A DNA stretch of 64,000 bases from Callorhinchus milii. Its lineage: Eukaryota. The notes under the pieces are model-generated. The model was given only the letters and a program-made list of their open reading frames with translations, had not been told where the DNA came from and did not search any database. This document shows, in pieces, positions 1 through 10,466 of this stretch. Position 1 is the stretch's first letter; the number at the start of each line of letters is the position of its first letter. The stretch is from positions 99,326,001 through 99,390,000 of the forward strand of contig NW_024704743.1 of the NCBI RefSeq assembly GCF_018977255.1. The letters are read 5' to 3'. The translations under genes were made by a program, and so were the position numbers.

Positions 1-430
1 AGAGACAAGTCATGGTTTTTGCTCTTGTTGAAAACTGTGGATGCCAGGTCAAAATGGAATCAATATCAGCTGTGTGCTCCTTTGACATTTCTTCTCACAG
101 AGAGTTGTGGGAATGTGGAATGCAGTGGTCCAGAAGGTCGGAGAGGCACAATCAATTGGGATGTTTCAAAAGGAGACAGGAACATGGGAAGCAAGTATAA
201 GGGGGTATGGAAAAGGCGGGAAGTGGGATTAAAAGATCCAGAATTATTGGTCACAGATATATACAGTCACATCACTTAACAGTATATTCCTGTTAAGTGC
301 GTTTTGAGATGCCTCGACAACGTGATAAGGCACAATGCCAAATGTGAAGATTACTATTATATTATAATAAACTGGCAGAGCAGACTCGATGGGTTGAATG
401 GCCTCCTCAGTGTTATGTTCCATGGCTTTC
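1..430 (+). mobile_element. Degenerate CR1-type LINE 3' fragment, interrupted by an L2-tail repeat at about 255-365
   Basis: ttctcacagagagttgtgggaatgtggaatg... and gcagactcgatgggttgaatggcctcct tail, similar to the CR1 copy at 50.3-51.2 kb. Confidence 0.6.
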
Positions 431-875
431 ATAGCCTGTGACACTCATCATTAATATTCAAAAATAAATGGTGTGCAAGGTAACAGAGGGTATTTAGAGC
501 CAGTGAAACTGTACCTTAGTAAAAAGGAAAGAGGAGTTAAATTCATGAGGACACTGAAGGGGAAATTTTAGAGTTTTGAGTTTACAATTGGTGAAGATAA
601 TGCTGTCATAGGACAGTTTACAATTATATAGGTGTGATAAAGAATGTGTGGATTATCGCATGCGTTGAAACAGACATCTGTGTGCTAAAGATCTTAAGAG
701 TAATGGTATCAACTGTCAGATAGTCAGTTTATAAACCTACAGCAACTCCAAATGGTGGCAACAAACTGCATTTCTCTATTGGATTAATTTAGTGTTTTGT
801 TTATGTAACAGATACAGAATAATTTCAATACCTATATTGCTTAACAACAACACTTTTTCACAAAATCATATATAT

Positions 876-1441
876 AATAATAATAATCCTTGCATTTGAT
901 ATAGCGCTTTTCACATCAGGAGGACGTCCCAAAGCGCTTCACAGAACACACTGTAAAGTGATTTGACTGTATATTTGTGGGCAAATCGGCAGCCAATTGC
1001 GCACAGCAATGTCCCACAAACAGTCGTAGATTGAAAATGACCAATTTGGAGGGATTATTATTAGTGTGGAGTAAGGAAACTTGCCCAAGGTTTCGCCCTG
1101 ACCTGCCTGGAATTGAACTCAGGTCTCTCGCTTGCAAATAATAATAATAATAATAATCCTTGCATTTGATATAGCGCTTTTCACGTCGGGAGGACGTCCC
1201 AAAGCGCTTCACAGAATATACTGTAAAGTGAATTAACTGTATATTTGTGGGCGAACGCGGCAGCCAATTGCGCACAGCAATGTCCACAAACAGTCGTAGA
1301 TTGAAAATGACCAATTTGGAGGGATTATTATTAGGCGTGTGGAGTAAGGAAACTTGCCCAAGGTTTCGCCCTGTGCCTGGAATTGAACTCAGGTCTCTCA
1401 CTTGCAAAGCGAGTGCTCTAACCACTGAGCTACAGGACTCC
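876..1441 (-). mobile_element. tRNA(Ala)-derived SINE with L2-like tail: full copy 1139-1441 plus tandem partial copy 876-1138
   Basis: Minus strand GGAGTCCTGTAGCTCAGTGGTTAGAGC (A box)...GAGTTCAATTCC (B box)...gcgctatatcaaatgcaagg(att)n. Confidence 0.9.
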
Positions 1442-2404
1442 ATATCTTAAATATAAACCTGATGCATTTGCAATCTCATAATATATAATCATTGCATTTG
1501 ATATAACTCCTTAACTGTCACTGAAACATCTCAAAGCACTTCACAGGATTTACTGCACTGTAGTAACTGTATTCTGTAGGCAATTATCTGCCAGGCAAAC
1601 ACAACACGAATCTTTCACAGGCTGTTTGATACATCGGTGGCAAAGTGATTTGACAAGTTTTTAAACAGTATTTGTGATAACAAATGAAGCACCAGCAAAA
1701 TTAGGGGGAAAATGACATTTTTTGTTACTCTCTCGTGTCCACCGTTTAAACAACACTGCAATGTTTAACAACTTTACGTGCGGAAACAAAACTACTGGAC
1801 TCGTTTGTTTTTAGACTTGATAAGGATGCTTTTGGAATGCTTGTACTTTTAAATATAAATCTCCTTCCTTCCTCTTCCCCCACCCTAGCAACAAAACAAC
1901 AGAACTGTCTCATGACACCCTTATCTAGACGTTTCAATGTCTGAAAGTAAAACTACCTTTTAGGCTTGTTATTAAATACCTTTAACTGCTTGGTACACAA
2001 ATTATACACGTGAAATCAATCACATTCTCATTCTTTTCACCACCGCCCGCACAGGCAGCATTTGCAAACATCTTTGTCAATGTCCAGGTTAAGTGGAGGA
2101 TGAATAATTTAAATCCGATCAAGCAGGAATAACTGATTAATGGCTGCTTTGGTGGATGTCCCGCATGTTAGGTTCAGGAGGAGTTTTCACATCAGCCAAA
2201 AACATTTTGTTTTAAAAAAAAATGCAGTCGTCTCCACCTCTCCGTTTGGGGTATTTTATGACAAAAGCAGAACGATTTCCACCTTCACTCTGAATGACTT
2301 AATAGCTGATTAAAAGCTGTGCAATACCTGATCCATCAAGTTACAAATGGGGGAGAAGAGGCAACAACGCTGTAAACTTCAACCCCAACGACAAACCCCA
2401 ACAA

Positions 2405-3290
2405 CCTGCCCCCAGCGCCCCCCCCCCCCCCGACAGGAGCTCCCCCCCCCAGCCCCCCCCCCCACAGGAGCTGCCCCCCACCAGACCCCCCCACACAGGA
2501 GCTCCCCCCCCAGCCCCCCCCACACAGGAGCTCCCCCACCAGACCCCCCACAGGAGCTGCCCCCCAGCGCCCCCCGACAGGAGCTCCCCCCCCAGCCCCC
2601 CCACAGGAGCTGCCCCCCACCAGACCCCCCACACAGGAGCTCCCCCCCCCAGCCCCCCCCCACAGGAGCTCCCCCCCCCAGCCCCCCCCCCACAGGAGCT
2701 GCCCCCCCAGACCCCCCCACACAGGAGCTCCCCCCCCCCAGCCCCCCCCACAGGAGCTGCCCCCCACCAGACCCCCCCACAGGAGCTTCCCCCACCAGAC
2801 CCCCCACAGGAGCTCCCCCCCAGCCCCCCCACCAGACCCCCCCACAGGAGCTCCCCCCCCCCAGCCCCCCCCACAGGAGCTCCCCACCAGACCCCCCACA
2901 GGAGCTCCCCCCCAGCCCCCCCCCCACAGGAGCTGCCCCCCACCAGACCCCCCCCACAGGAGCTCCCCCCCGCCCCCCCCACACAGGAGCTCCCCCCCCC
3001 CCCCCCCCAGACCCCCCCCAGGCTCCCCCCCCCCCCCAGCCCCCCCCCACAGGAGCTGCCCCCCCCCCACAGGAGCTGCCCCCCACCAGACCCCCCCACA
3101 GGAGCTGCCCCCAGCGCCCCCCCACAGGAGCTGCCCCCCCCCCCCCCGGAGCTCTCCCCCCCACAGACGCTGCCCCCCCCCCAGGCCCCCGCCCCAGACG
3201 CTGCCCCCCCCCAGGCCCCGCCAGCCACCCCCCCCCAGACGCTGCCCCCCCCCCAGACGCCCCCCCCCCCCCAGACCCCCGCCAGCCCGG
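2405..3290. repeat. C-rich minisatellite (C5-9-ACAGGAGCT[G]-C5-9-AG/ACCAGA units of about 25-30 bp)
   Basis: Dozens of reiterations of ACAGGAGCT separated by C runs; source of the spurious Gly-rich and Pro-rich ORFs. Confidence 0.95.
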
Positions 3291-3360
3291 CTATGGGCGC
3301 CCCCTCGTCCCCACACCCCCGGGTCTCTCTCTCTCTCTCTGTGGCCTCTCTCACACTCAC

Positions 3361-3575
3361 CTCCTCTCGGCCTCTCGAGTCTCCCGCAGCCGCCGTGTCA
3401 CCGCGAGGGGAGAGGCTCAGCTCCGCGCGGGCCGACGGGTCATGGCTGCGGCTCCTCACAGCCCCGGGGAGGGAGGGAGGGAGGGAGGGACTGAGCGGCC
3501 GAGACGGTACCAACTCCCGAGGCCCCGCAGCCACAGCTCTTCTCCTGACCCCGGACAAGATGGCATCACCCGCGG
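3361..3575 (-). other. CpG-island 5' non-coding exon of a divergently transcribed gene, probably YES1 (TSS approximate)
   Basis: CpG-dense, non-repetitive segment ending on the minus strand in the consensus donor GAG|GTGAGT (3361/3360); YY1-type CAAGATGGC at 3556-3564. YES1 lies head-to-head upstream of ADCYAP1 in human and has a non-coding exon 1. Identity is by synteny only. Confidence 0.55.
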
Positions 3576-3581
3576 CCCGCG

Positions 3582-3730
3582 CAGCGCCCCCCGCAGGACA
3601 GGAGCCGCCAGCGCAGCGCAACAGCGCCCCCGCAGGACAGGAGCCGCCAGCGCAGCGCAACAGCGCCCCCGCAGGACAGGAGCCGCCAGCGCAGCGCAAC
3701 AGCGCCCCCCGCAGGACAGGAGCCGCCAGT
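3582..3730. repeat. 39-40 bp tandem repeat, about 3.8 copies (CAGCGCCCCC[C]GCAGGACAGGAGCCGCCAGCGCAGCGCAA)
   Basis: Unit starts at 3582, 3622, 3661, 3700; copies differ mainly in C-run length. Confidence 0.95.
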
Positions 3731-3884
3731 GCTGTCCGGAATGAGGCAGCGCGATGTGTCCCTCCAGGACATTTCATTGCAACAATCTATCTCTAGGATT
3801 TCCAGGCAACAGCGCCCCCCCTCCCCTCCCCTCCCCTCCCCTCCCCCCGCAGGACACAAGCCGCAATACAGGGCAATACGGGGT

Positions 3885-4205
3885 CGGTCTCCTTGGACTG
3901 AACTGGCAATGGACGGTCGGAATCGAGTCAGCCCTCTGTGGCGGTTTCGGTAGTCTGGTCCCTGAGGCAGGTGGGTCCGCAGTACTGACAGGCACAAGGT
4001 GACAGCACGGCCAGTCGGGCTCATCGGCAGGACCCGGAATAGCAGACCAGTCACTGGGGTCAGGGAATCCTCCCACTCAGCTCCTGCGTTCACCCTGTAC
4101 CTAACGGGCAGCGTGGTCCCAGCTGGGCAAGCAGCGGGAAAGCTTGCCGGACAGCAATAACAATGGCAAGTTATGTGGCTTCAGCTGGTTAGACGCCAGC
4201 AGTAC
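3885..4205 (+). mobile_element. Unclassified interspersed repeat of about 320 bp (copy 1)
   Basis: Collinear with 12180-12410 (-) and 59711-60005 (+). Confidence 0.75.
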
Positions 4206-4775
4206 CACAACACACAGTCTGGGGTTCCCAAGCCTTGGCTCTTGACACCCTGCGCCTAATACTGTCCGGAATTAGGTAAGCAGAATGTGTCCCTCCAGGG
4301 AGAGAGCGTGCATTTAATTCCAGGAATCTTATCTCTGGGATTTCCATGTGGAGGTGGGATGCATGGAAACAAAATACAGGGCACAGCACCCCCAGCAGGA
4401 TAGGGGCCACCAGTACAGTTTTGGGGGGGTTAGCCGGGTGTGTGACACACGTGTAAATCCATTACCGTCCTCCCTCTCCCCCTAGTACTCCTGGATGCTA
4501 CTCAGTGTGAAGGGCGCTATATAAATGCAAGTTGTTGTTGTTAAGAGTATCAAAACCAAGCTGAGATTTCCATTGAAGTAAAGGTAGATAAGGGTAGAGT
4601 GATCATAATTTGTAAACCAAATCTGGGGACATATATCAAAAAAATTGAACTTACCATAATTCCTGATGCTGGCAGTTGCTGGGAAAACTTGTTGGATTAA
4701 TGGCTGTATTTCTCGGTTGAATTAATTTGTTTTAGAATTTGATTATTTTTGCTCAGTTTGTTGCTGAACTCCAGA

Positions 4776-4853
4776 CGGGCAAATTTGGCCAAATAGGGAC
4801 ACAATACCTTATCCGGGGACTGTCCCTGGAAATCGGGGATGAATGGTCACCCT
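4776..4853. mobile_element. hAT (Blackjack/MER94-like) transposon terminus
   Basis: ...ccggggactgtccctggaaatcggggatgaATGGTCACCCT end, with subterminal GGGAC/GTCCC motifs; no partner end found. Confidence 0.5.
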
Positions 4854-5049
4854 CAGTAAGGTTTTGTTCACTGGGCCAGAAAAAGTTAAAACGAAAATAA
4901 ATTCTGTGGGTCCATGTGTGTAGACTCTCGCTAAACTCATAGCGCATTCACCAACACTGCCTCACTGGTGAGATGGGAAACTGTGTACATCATGTGGGCT
5001 GTGTGGAAATGTATAATGCATTACAGGTAAGTACACTTAAATTCACTTA

Positions 5050-5232
5050 GAACTGGTCACTGAAAAGGTGTAAAACTGTACACTGACAGGGCTAAGAAAG
5101 GGTGGCCACTGGTTGTGTTAGACAGTTGGTTACTGAATAGAGGTGGTTTATTGTGAAAATTGGTTGGGACTGTTTCAAGATTGTTGTTGACAGCAGGTGG
5201 TTGCTAAATAGAGATTTAACAGGTTTCACTAT
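5050..5232. mobile_element. Possible degenerate Tc1/Tigger-type MITE end
   Basis: Repeated aggtggtt...aatagag motifs ending in aggtttcactata. Confidence 0.35.
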
Positions 5233-6830
5233 ACTAAGAATAAGGAGTAGGTAGATTATTGGCCTGGTAGTGCAGTTCTATAGTGCAGAGTTGATACGAC
5301 ACATCCAGAGAATGGGGAATGAGCAGAAAAGAATCAACTAAAATTAATGATTAATTTACAGGAACAATAAAAGACAAAGGGAGAAGGGCAAGACTGGAGA
5401 TTTCTTTACGAGTTAACTACCACGGATACACAAATCTCTGTTGTATTGATCTTGAGAATCTAACAACAGAGAAGGAAATGGGCAAAGCAATGAGCTATTC
5501 AGTACTGGACAAAAATAGCAGTAAACATTCAAGAATAGAATAAACAGGAATGGAATGGTTTGCTAGTGATTTGTGCTCTTTACTCTCATCTTTCCCAGAA
5601 ATCCTGGATTGAATGTTTTGCAAATGAAACATGCCACCAAGTTCAGTTAGAGGCCAAGTGAGTCTGAATTCTATAAATCCAATTGGACTACAAAGAATCA
5701 TTTGATTGAATTTTTGTGCGATAGGAAGCTTTCAGCCAACCACGAGTGGCACTGGTGAGAGTGCAACAGGCTCTCACAAAGTGCCATTTAAGTGATGTGG
5801 TAGATCTTCTCAGTGCTCCAAGATGCCACCCGTGTGAAGGGTGCAATATAAATGCAAGTTGTTGTTGTCGATGCACTGTGTATACAAATGTAATTCTGTT
5901 GTTGTTTTGGAGAGGACACTGTTCAAACAAGTGGACATGAGCTGCTAACATCAGGTGAAGAGGCATCAGGAGTTTTTGAGTGGAGGACCGACATTAATTG
6001 ACTGTAATTATATGGCCATAGCAGTTCTTGTAGGAAATACCATAGCCTTCTGTAACTTCATGGGTTAGCAGTCCATTAATGTGCAAAACATCTTTAAAAT
6101 TGTAAATGTGTAATGCATGTGAATGCTCTGGTTTTGTATGGGACTCAAAATTGTTTTTACTTTAAAGGCCCCCACACCCAAGGAGACCAACTGAGACCAG
6201 ATATGTCAACTTGCCTCAGTTCACCCACAAAATGAACTGTAAATCCACTTGAAAGTATATTGTGTGAAGTGCTTTGAGCCGTCTCAATGACGTGATAAGG
6301 CGCTATATCAACGCAAGGATTATTATTATTATTATTGATAGCATTCTCACTTCAAGGCGCAGAAGCTAGATTCAAGCCCTGGTTGTTATTTTCAGGGTGC
6401 TGGAATCTCTGTGATTGACAGAACTGTTTAAGAATACTAATTGAAGAGGAATTTACCTTCAATAACAAAAAACTGAATTCTGTTCCTGAATTACTTGCAC
6501 ATCCTGAGGCTGCAAAACAAATGTGGTGACTCATGGAAAAGTTAAAAAGCGGAATTAACTTTGTATTTTATTCCTTGCTAATTTGAGGGATCAATATGGG
6601 GGGAAGACTGAATAACTTAACTGAGCCAAACAGCAGCAGCCCCTGCGAGAGTATCCAGAATTAACAGAGATTCCTGAGAGAGAAGTTCAAAGCTAAAGTC
6701 ATTGATGTAACGAGAATAATCTATGGACTGAATTGTAATGAGTGCATTTGGTTATTGATTTGAATTAAGGTAGTTTTCTCAATAAACAGAGTTCATTGTC
6801 AGTTTAGGTTGCATTTAAGTGGATTTAAGT

Positions 6831-7145
6831 GGAGTCCTGTAGCTCAGTGGTTAGAGCACTCGCTTTGCAAGCGAGAGACCTGAGTTCAATTCCAGGCAGG
6901 GCTAAACCTTGGGCAAGTTTCCTTACTCCACACGCCTAATAATAATCCCTCCAAAACAAAAAACAATAATAAATTGGTCGTTTTCAATCTACGACTGTTT
7001 GTGGGACATTGCTCTACGCAATTGGCTGCCGCGTTCGCCCATAAATATACAGTCAATTCACTTTACAGTGTGTTCTGTGAAGCGCTTTGGGACGTCCTCC
7101 CGACGTGAAAAGCGCTATATCAAATGCAAGCATTATTATTATTAT
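6831..7145 (+). mobile_element. tRNA(Ala)-derived SINE, full length
   Basis: A and B boxes, stem CTCGC-TTTGCAA-GCGAG (TGC anticodon), same body and (ATT)n tail as 1139-1441. Confidence 0.92.
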
Positions 7146-7496
7146 TTATTAACATGGAGAAAGTAAGCAGATCAACTGATCATTCACTGTTGTTTGTGGG
7201 ATGTTGCAGGTGCAGATTTGTCTATGTACCAATAGCCACTACACTTGACAGTAATTATTGTAAATGGCTTTGAGACAGTCTGTTGTGACAAGATGTTATA
7301 AAATTGCAAGTTTTATTTATATATTAAATGATTATTTCTAGCACTCTACGATCTGAATTTTGAACAGCGCCACCTTGTGTTGTGTTACCAAATATTTTTA
7401 TGTTGTGCAAATTTGTTCATTCAGTTTTGTTTTCAGTTATTTTTCACATAATATCCTTCTTCTTTTAATCCCAGTTGTTAATCAATTTAATCTTAA

Positions 7497-8032
7497 GTGA
7501 CCGCCTTCTTCCACCTCTGCCACATTGCCCGCCGCCGAACGTACCTTACCCCAAATGCAACCCAAACCCTCGTGCATGTGTTTATCACCTCCCGCCTGGA
7601 TTACTCAAATCACTCCTCGCCGGTCTCCCCAGCTCCACTATTCAAAAGATCCAGCTCATTCAGAACTCTGCTGCCTGCATACTGACCCTGACCAAACTAC
7701 GTACTCACATCTCACCAATTCTGGCCAGGCTCCACTGACTCCCCATCACCGAACGGATCGACCTCAAGATCCTCACACTCGTGTTCAAATTCCTTCACTC
7801 TCTGGCACTTCCCTACCTCTCCGACCTCCTGACTCCCCAATCCACCACCTGGCGCCTCCGCTCGACTGGCACCGGCCTCCTGCTCGTCCCTCGCATTCTC
7901 CGCCCCACCATTGGAGGTCGCGCTTTCAGAAACTCTGGAACACCCTCAGTCTCCCCACCTTGCCCACTGGTAAGTGCTCTGAGACACTACCCTGCATGGA
8001 GAGCCCTATATAAATGCAAGTTGATGTTGTTG
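7497..8032 (+). mobile_element. L2 LINE 3' fragment (frameshifted)
   Basis: TAFFHLCHIAR...TLVHVFITSRLDYSN / LIQNSAA...HISPILARLH motifs of the L2 ORF2 C-terminus. Confidence 0.9.
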
Positions 8033-8644
8033 CTAATCTATATAGTTTGATGCCTGTTGTTGGAGAGTAAGTACACGGTATCCTCTCAGGCCACTGTTCC
8101 ATGCCTATTCTTCATGCTGTCCTATTCGTGGTGATTGTTATTTGGCATGTGCTATTGCTAAGTGGGATGAGTACAGAGTTTATATGTATCAAGGAAATTA
8201 ACTTGTAGTTGTGGGAAAGGTCAGTATACTGGATTTCTAGTTTTTTTAAATTAAAGGATTATTTTGCATTTTAGTGTGGTGTTTCTATTAGTTTTTCATT
8301 ATTTAAGCGATAATTCTATTATTAAGTAATAACTTTATAGTTATACCCCCTAATATAGGGGAGGGAGGAGACGATTTTAATGGAATCTTTCACTTAGGAA
8401 CTGAAAGGATTTGCTTATAGTATATAGAAACCATGCATTACAATAATCCTGGCATTTAATGTAGCATTTTATCACGTTGTTGAGACGCTTTAAAGCACTT
8501 CACAGAATATACTGTAAAATGAATTGACTGTATATTTTGTAGGCAAACCACAGCAGCCAACGGCATATAGCAGTGTCCTGCGAACAGTCATGGATTGAGT
8601 GACCAAATTATTATTATTATTTTGAAGGGGTTATTACCCCCTGG

Positions 8645-8796
8645 AAAGCAAGATGTTGGAAATCTGAAACAAAAACTGAAGTCGCTGGGAACACTCAGCA
8701 GGTCAGGCAGCATCTATGGAGAAAGGAAAGTGAGTGAATGTTTCGAGTCCACGACCCTTCGTCAGGGTTCTGTTCCCAGCGACTTCTGTTTTTGTT
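8645..8796 (-). mobile_element. Penelope-like pLTR fragment with inverted terminal segment
   Basis: Minus strand ctgacgaagggtcgtggactcgaaac...gatgctgcctgacctgctgagtgttcccagc; 8771-8796 is an inverted copy of 8668-8693. Confidence 0.7.
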
Positions 8797-9972
8797 GGGT
8801 ATCAGTTTGTTATTGTGAGACTGAAAATCTTTGAGTTGCTAACAAAGGAATGGAAATTCAGTCAGTTATTTCCTTACTCATATCAAATCCTCTCAGAATT
8901 TTCTTTGCAGTAATTGGTATTGGGTCAGATGTAGAAATGAGCACCAGGTTCAATTTTTTTTTTTGGTTCAATTACTGGAAAACATTTGCTCAACATTTGC
9001 ATAATGTTTGTCATGTTGTTAACATTGGTGGATACTCAGGATTTTGGCTCAAAAATAGAAAGACTTTTCTCTCCCTCTCTCAGACTTTAAAGACTTAAAT
9101 CATGTCTTCACGCAATCCTCGTTTATCCAGTGAATATATATTATTTTTTGTCGCTCTCAATTCGCAGTGTGGAGCCCTAATTACTGGAATTATCTGTGTA
9201 ATGTTTTTCTGAGTCCTTTTCAATAAATTTCATTTCCCCTTTTCTCATTGCTGATGGAGAGACAATACATATTTCCCGTCAATCTATGTTTATTAAGTGG
9301 AAAATAGAGGATGTAACTCATCTCAGTGGGGGTAGGAGTGAAGAAATATCAATGAAATGCACTATTAAAAATAAATGTGATGGCTTTTTACATATGAAAT
9401 GTCTCAACTCTCAAAGTTGCAATATAGATTATATTAATAATACCTTGTACAGAAGTATTTGGAGTAAAAAAANCACTCTTAAACATGGTAACCTTAGCAC
9501 TTAGGAATCCTGAATACATTGAACTTCAGTAAGTCATTTCCCAAAGTTATGTGACCAAGGGAGGCATCGGGGCTAGGTTAGGGTGTATATTCCCCACTAT
9601 ATGGTACTCCATCCCATTGTCCTTCTGACTAGCTCTCTTCCTCAACTCGTTCAGGGTCCATCTGAAGACCTACCTCTTTGACTGCGCTCTGCCCCCACCA
9701 TCCCCCTCGGCATCACCCCCAGTTTGGGTACAAAGCCAATATTGTTAAGCACCTTGTGACATCGCCCTGACATGAAAGGCGCTATATAAATGTATTGTAT
9801 TCCTGATCTGGGAAAAATGCGGTCAATACTAAAATTGTTAGTAATATCCAATTTCCTCCCTACCAAAATGGCCATGTTTATATGTAACTTCAGCCTCAGG
9901 ACATCCTCCTGACATGAAAGGCGCTACACAAATGTAATCTTGTTGTTGTTGTTTTTGTCAAAATTCTATTGT

Positions 9973-10466
9973 GGAGTCCTGTAGCTCAGTGGTTAGAGCA
10001 CTCGCCTTGCAAGAGAGAGACCTGGATTCGATTCCTGGGCAAGGCAAAATGTTGGGCAAGTTTCCTTACTCCACATACCTGTTTACCTAGCAGTAACAAC
10101 AACAACTTGCACTTATATAGCGCCCTCCATGCAGGGTAGTGTCTCAGAGCACTTAAGTAAGTAGGAACCCGGTTGTTAGTTGATCGGCAGATCGCTTTTC
10201 CGGCGGTAATAGTTCATTCAAAAGTACAACAACAAGATTCCATTTATAGAGCGCCTTTCACGTCGGGAGGATGTCCAAATAAATTGGTCACTCAATCCAC
10301 GACTGTTTGTGGGACACTGCTGTGCGCAATTGGCTGCAGCGTTTCGCCTACAAAATATACAGTTAATTCACTTCACAGTAGATTCTGTGAAGCGCTTTGA
10401 GTCATCTTGAAGACTCAAGGTGATAAGGTGCTATATCAAATGCAAGGATTATTATTATTATTATTA
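9973..10466 (+). mobile_element. tRNA-derived SINE interrupted by two short antisense L2-tail insertions
   Basis: Same head and tail as 6831; inserts at about 10096-10154 and about 10226-10277. Confidence 0.85.

Noticed and set aside
3582..3730. CRISPR-like appearance of the 39-bp repeats
   Set aside because: Head-to-tail tandem units with no unique spacers, no cas genes, and a eukaryotic context.
2336..4093. Long Gly-rich and Pro-rich ORFs (326-478 aa) on both strands
   Set aside because: They are stop-free only because they run through a C/G minisatellite and CpG island; open in several frames with no domain signature.
6831..6901. tRNA-Ala(TGC) gene (also at 1370-1441, 9973, 45752, 47947)
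   Set aside because: The acceptor stem is not closed and each head continues into a shared SINE body and tail.
9473..9473. Ambiguous base N (also at 16420)
   Set aside because: Homopolymer-adjacent assembly ambiguity, not biology.
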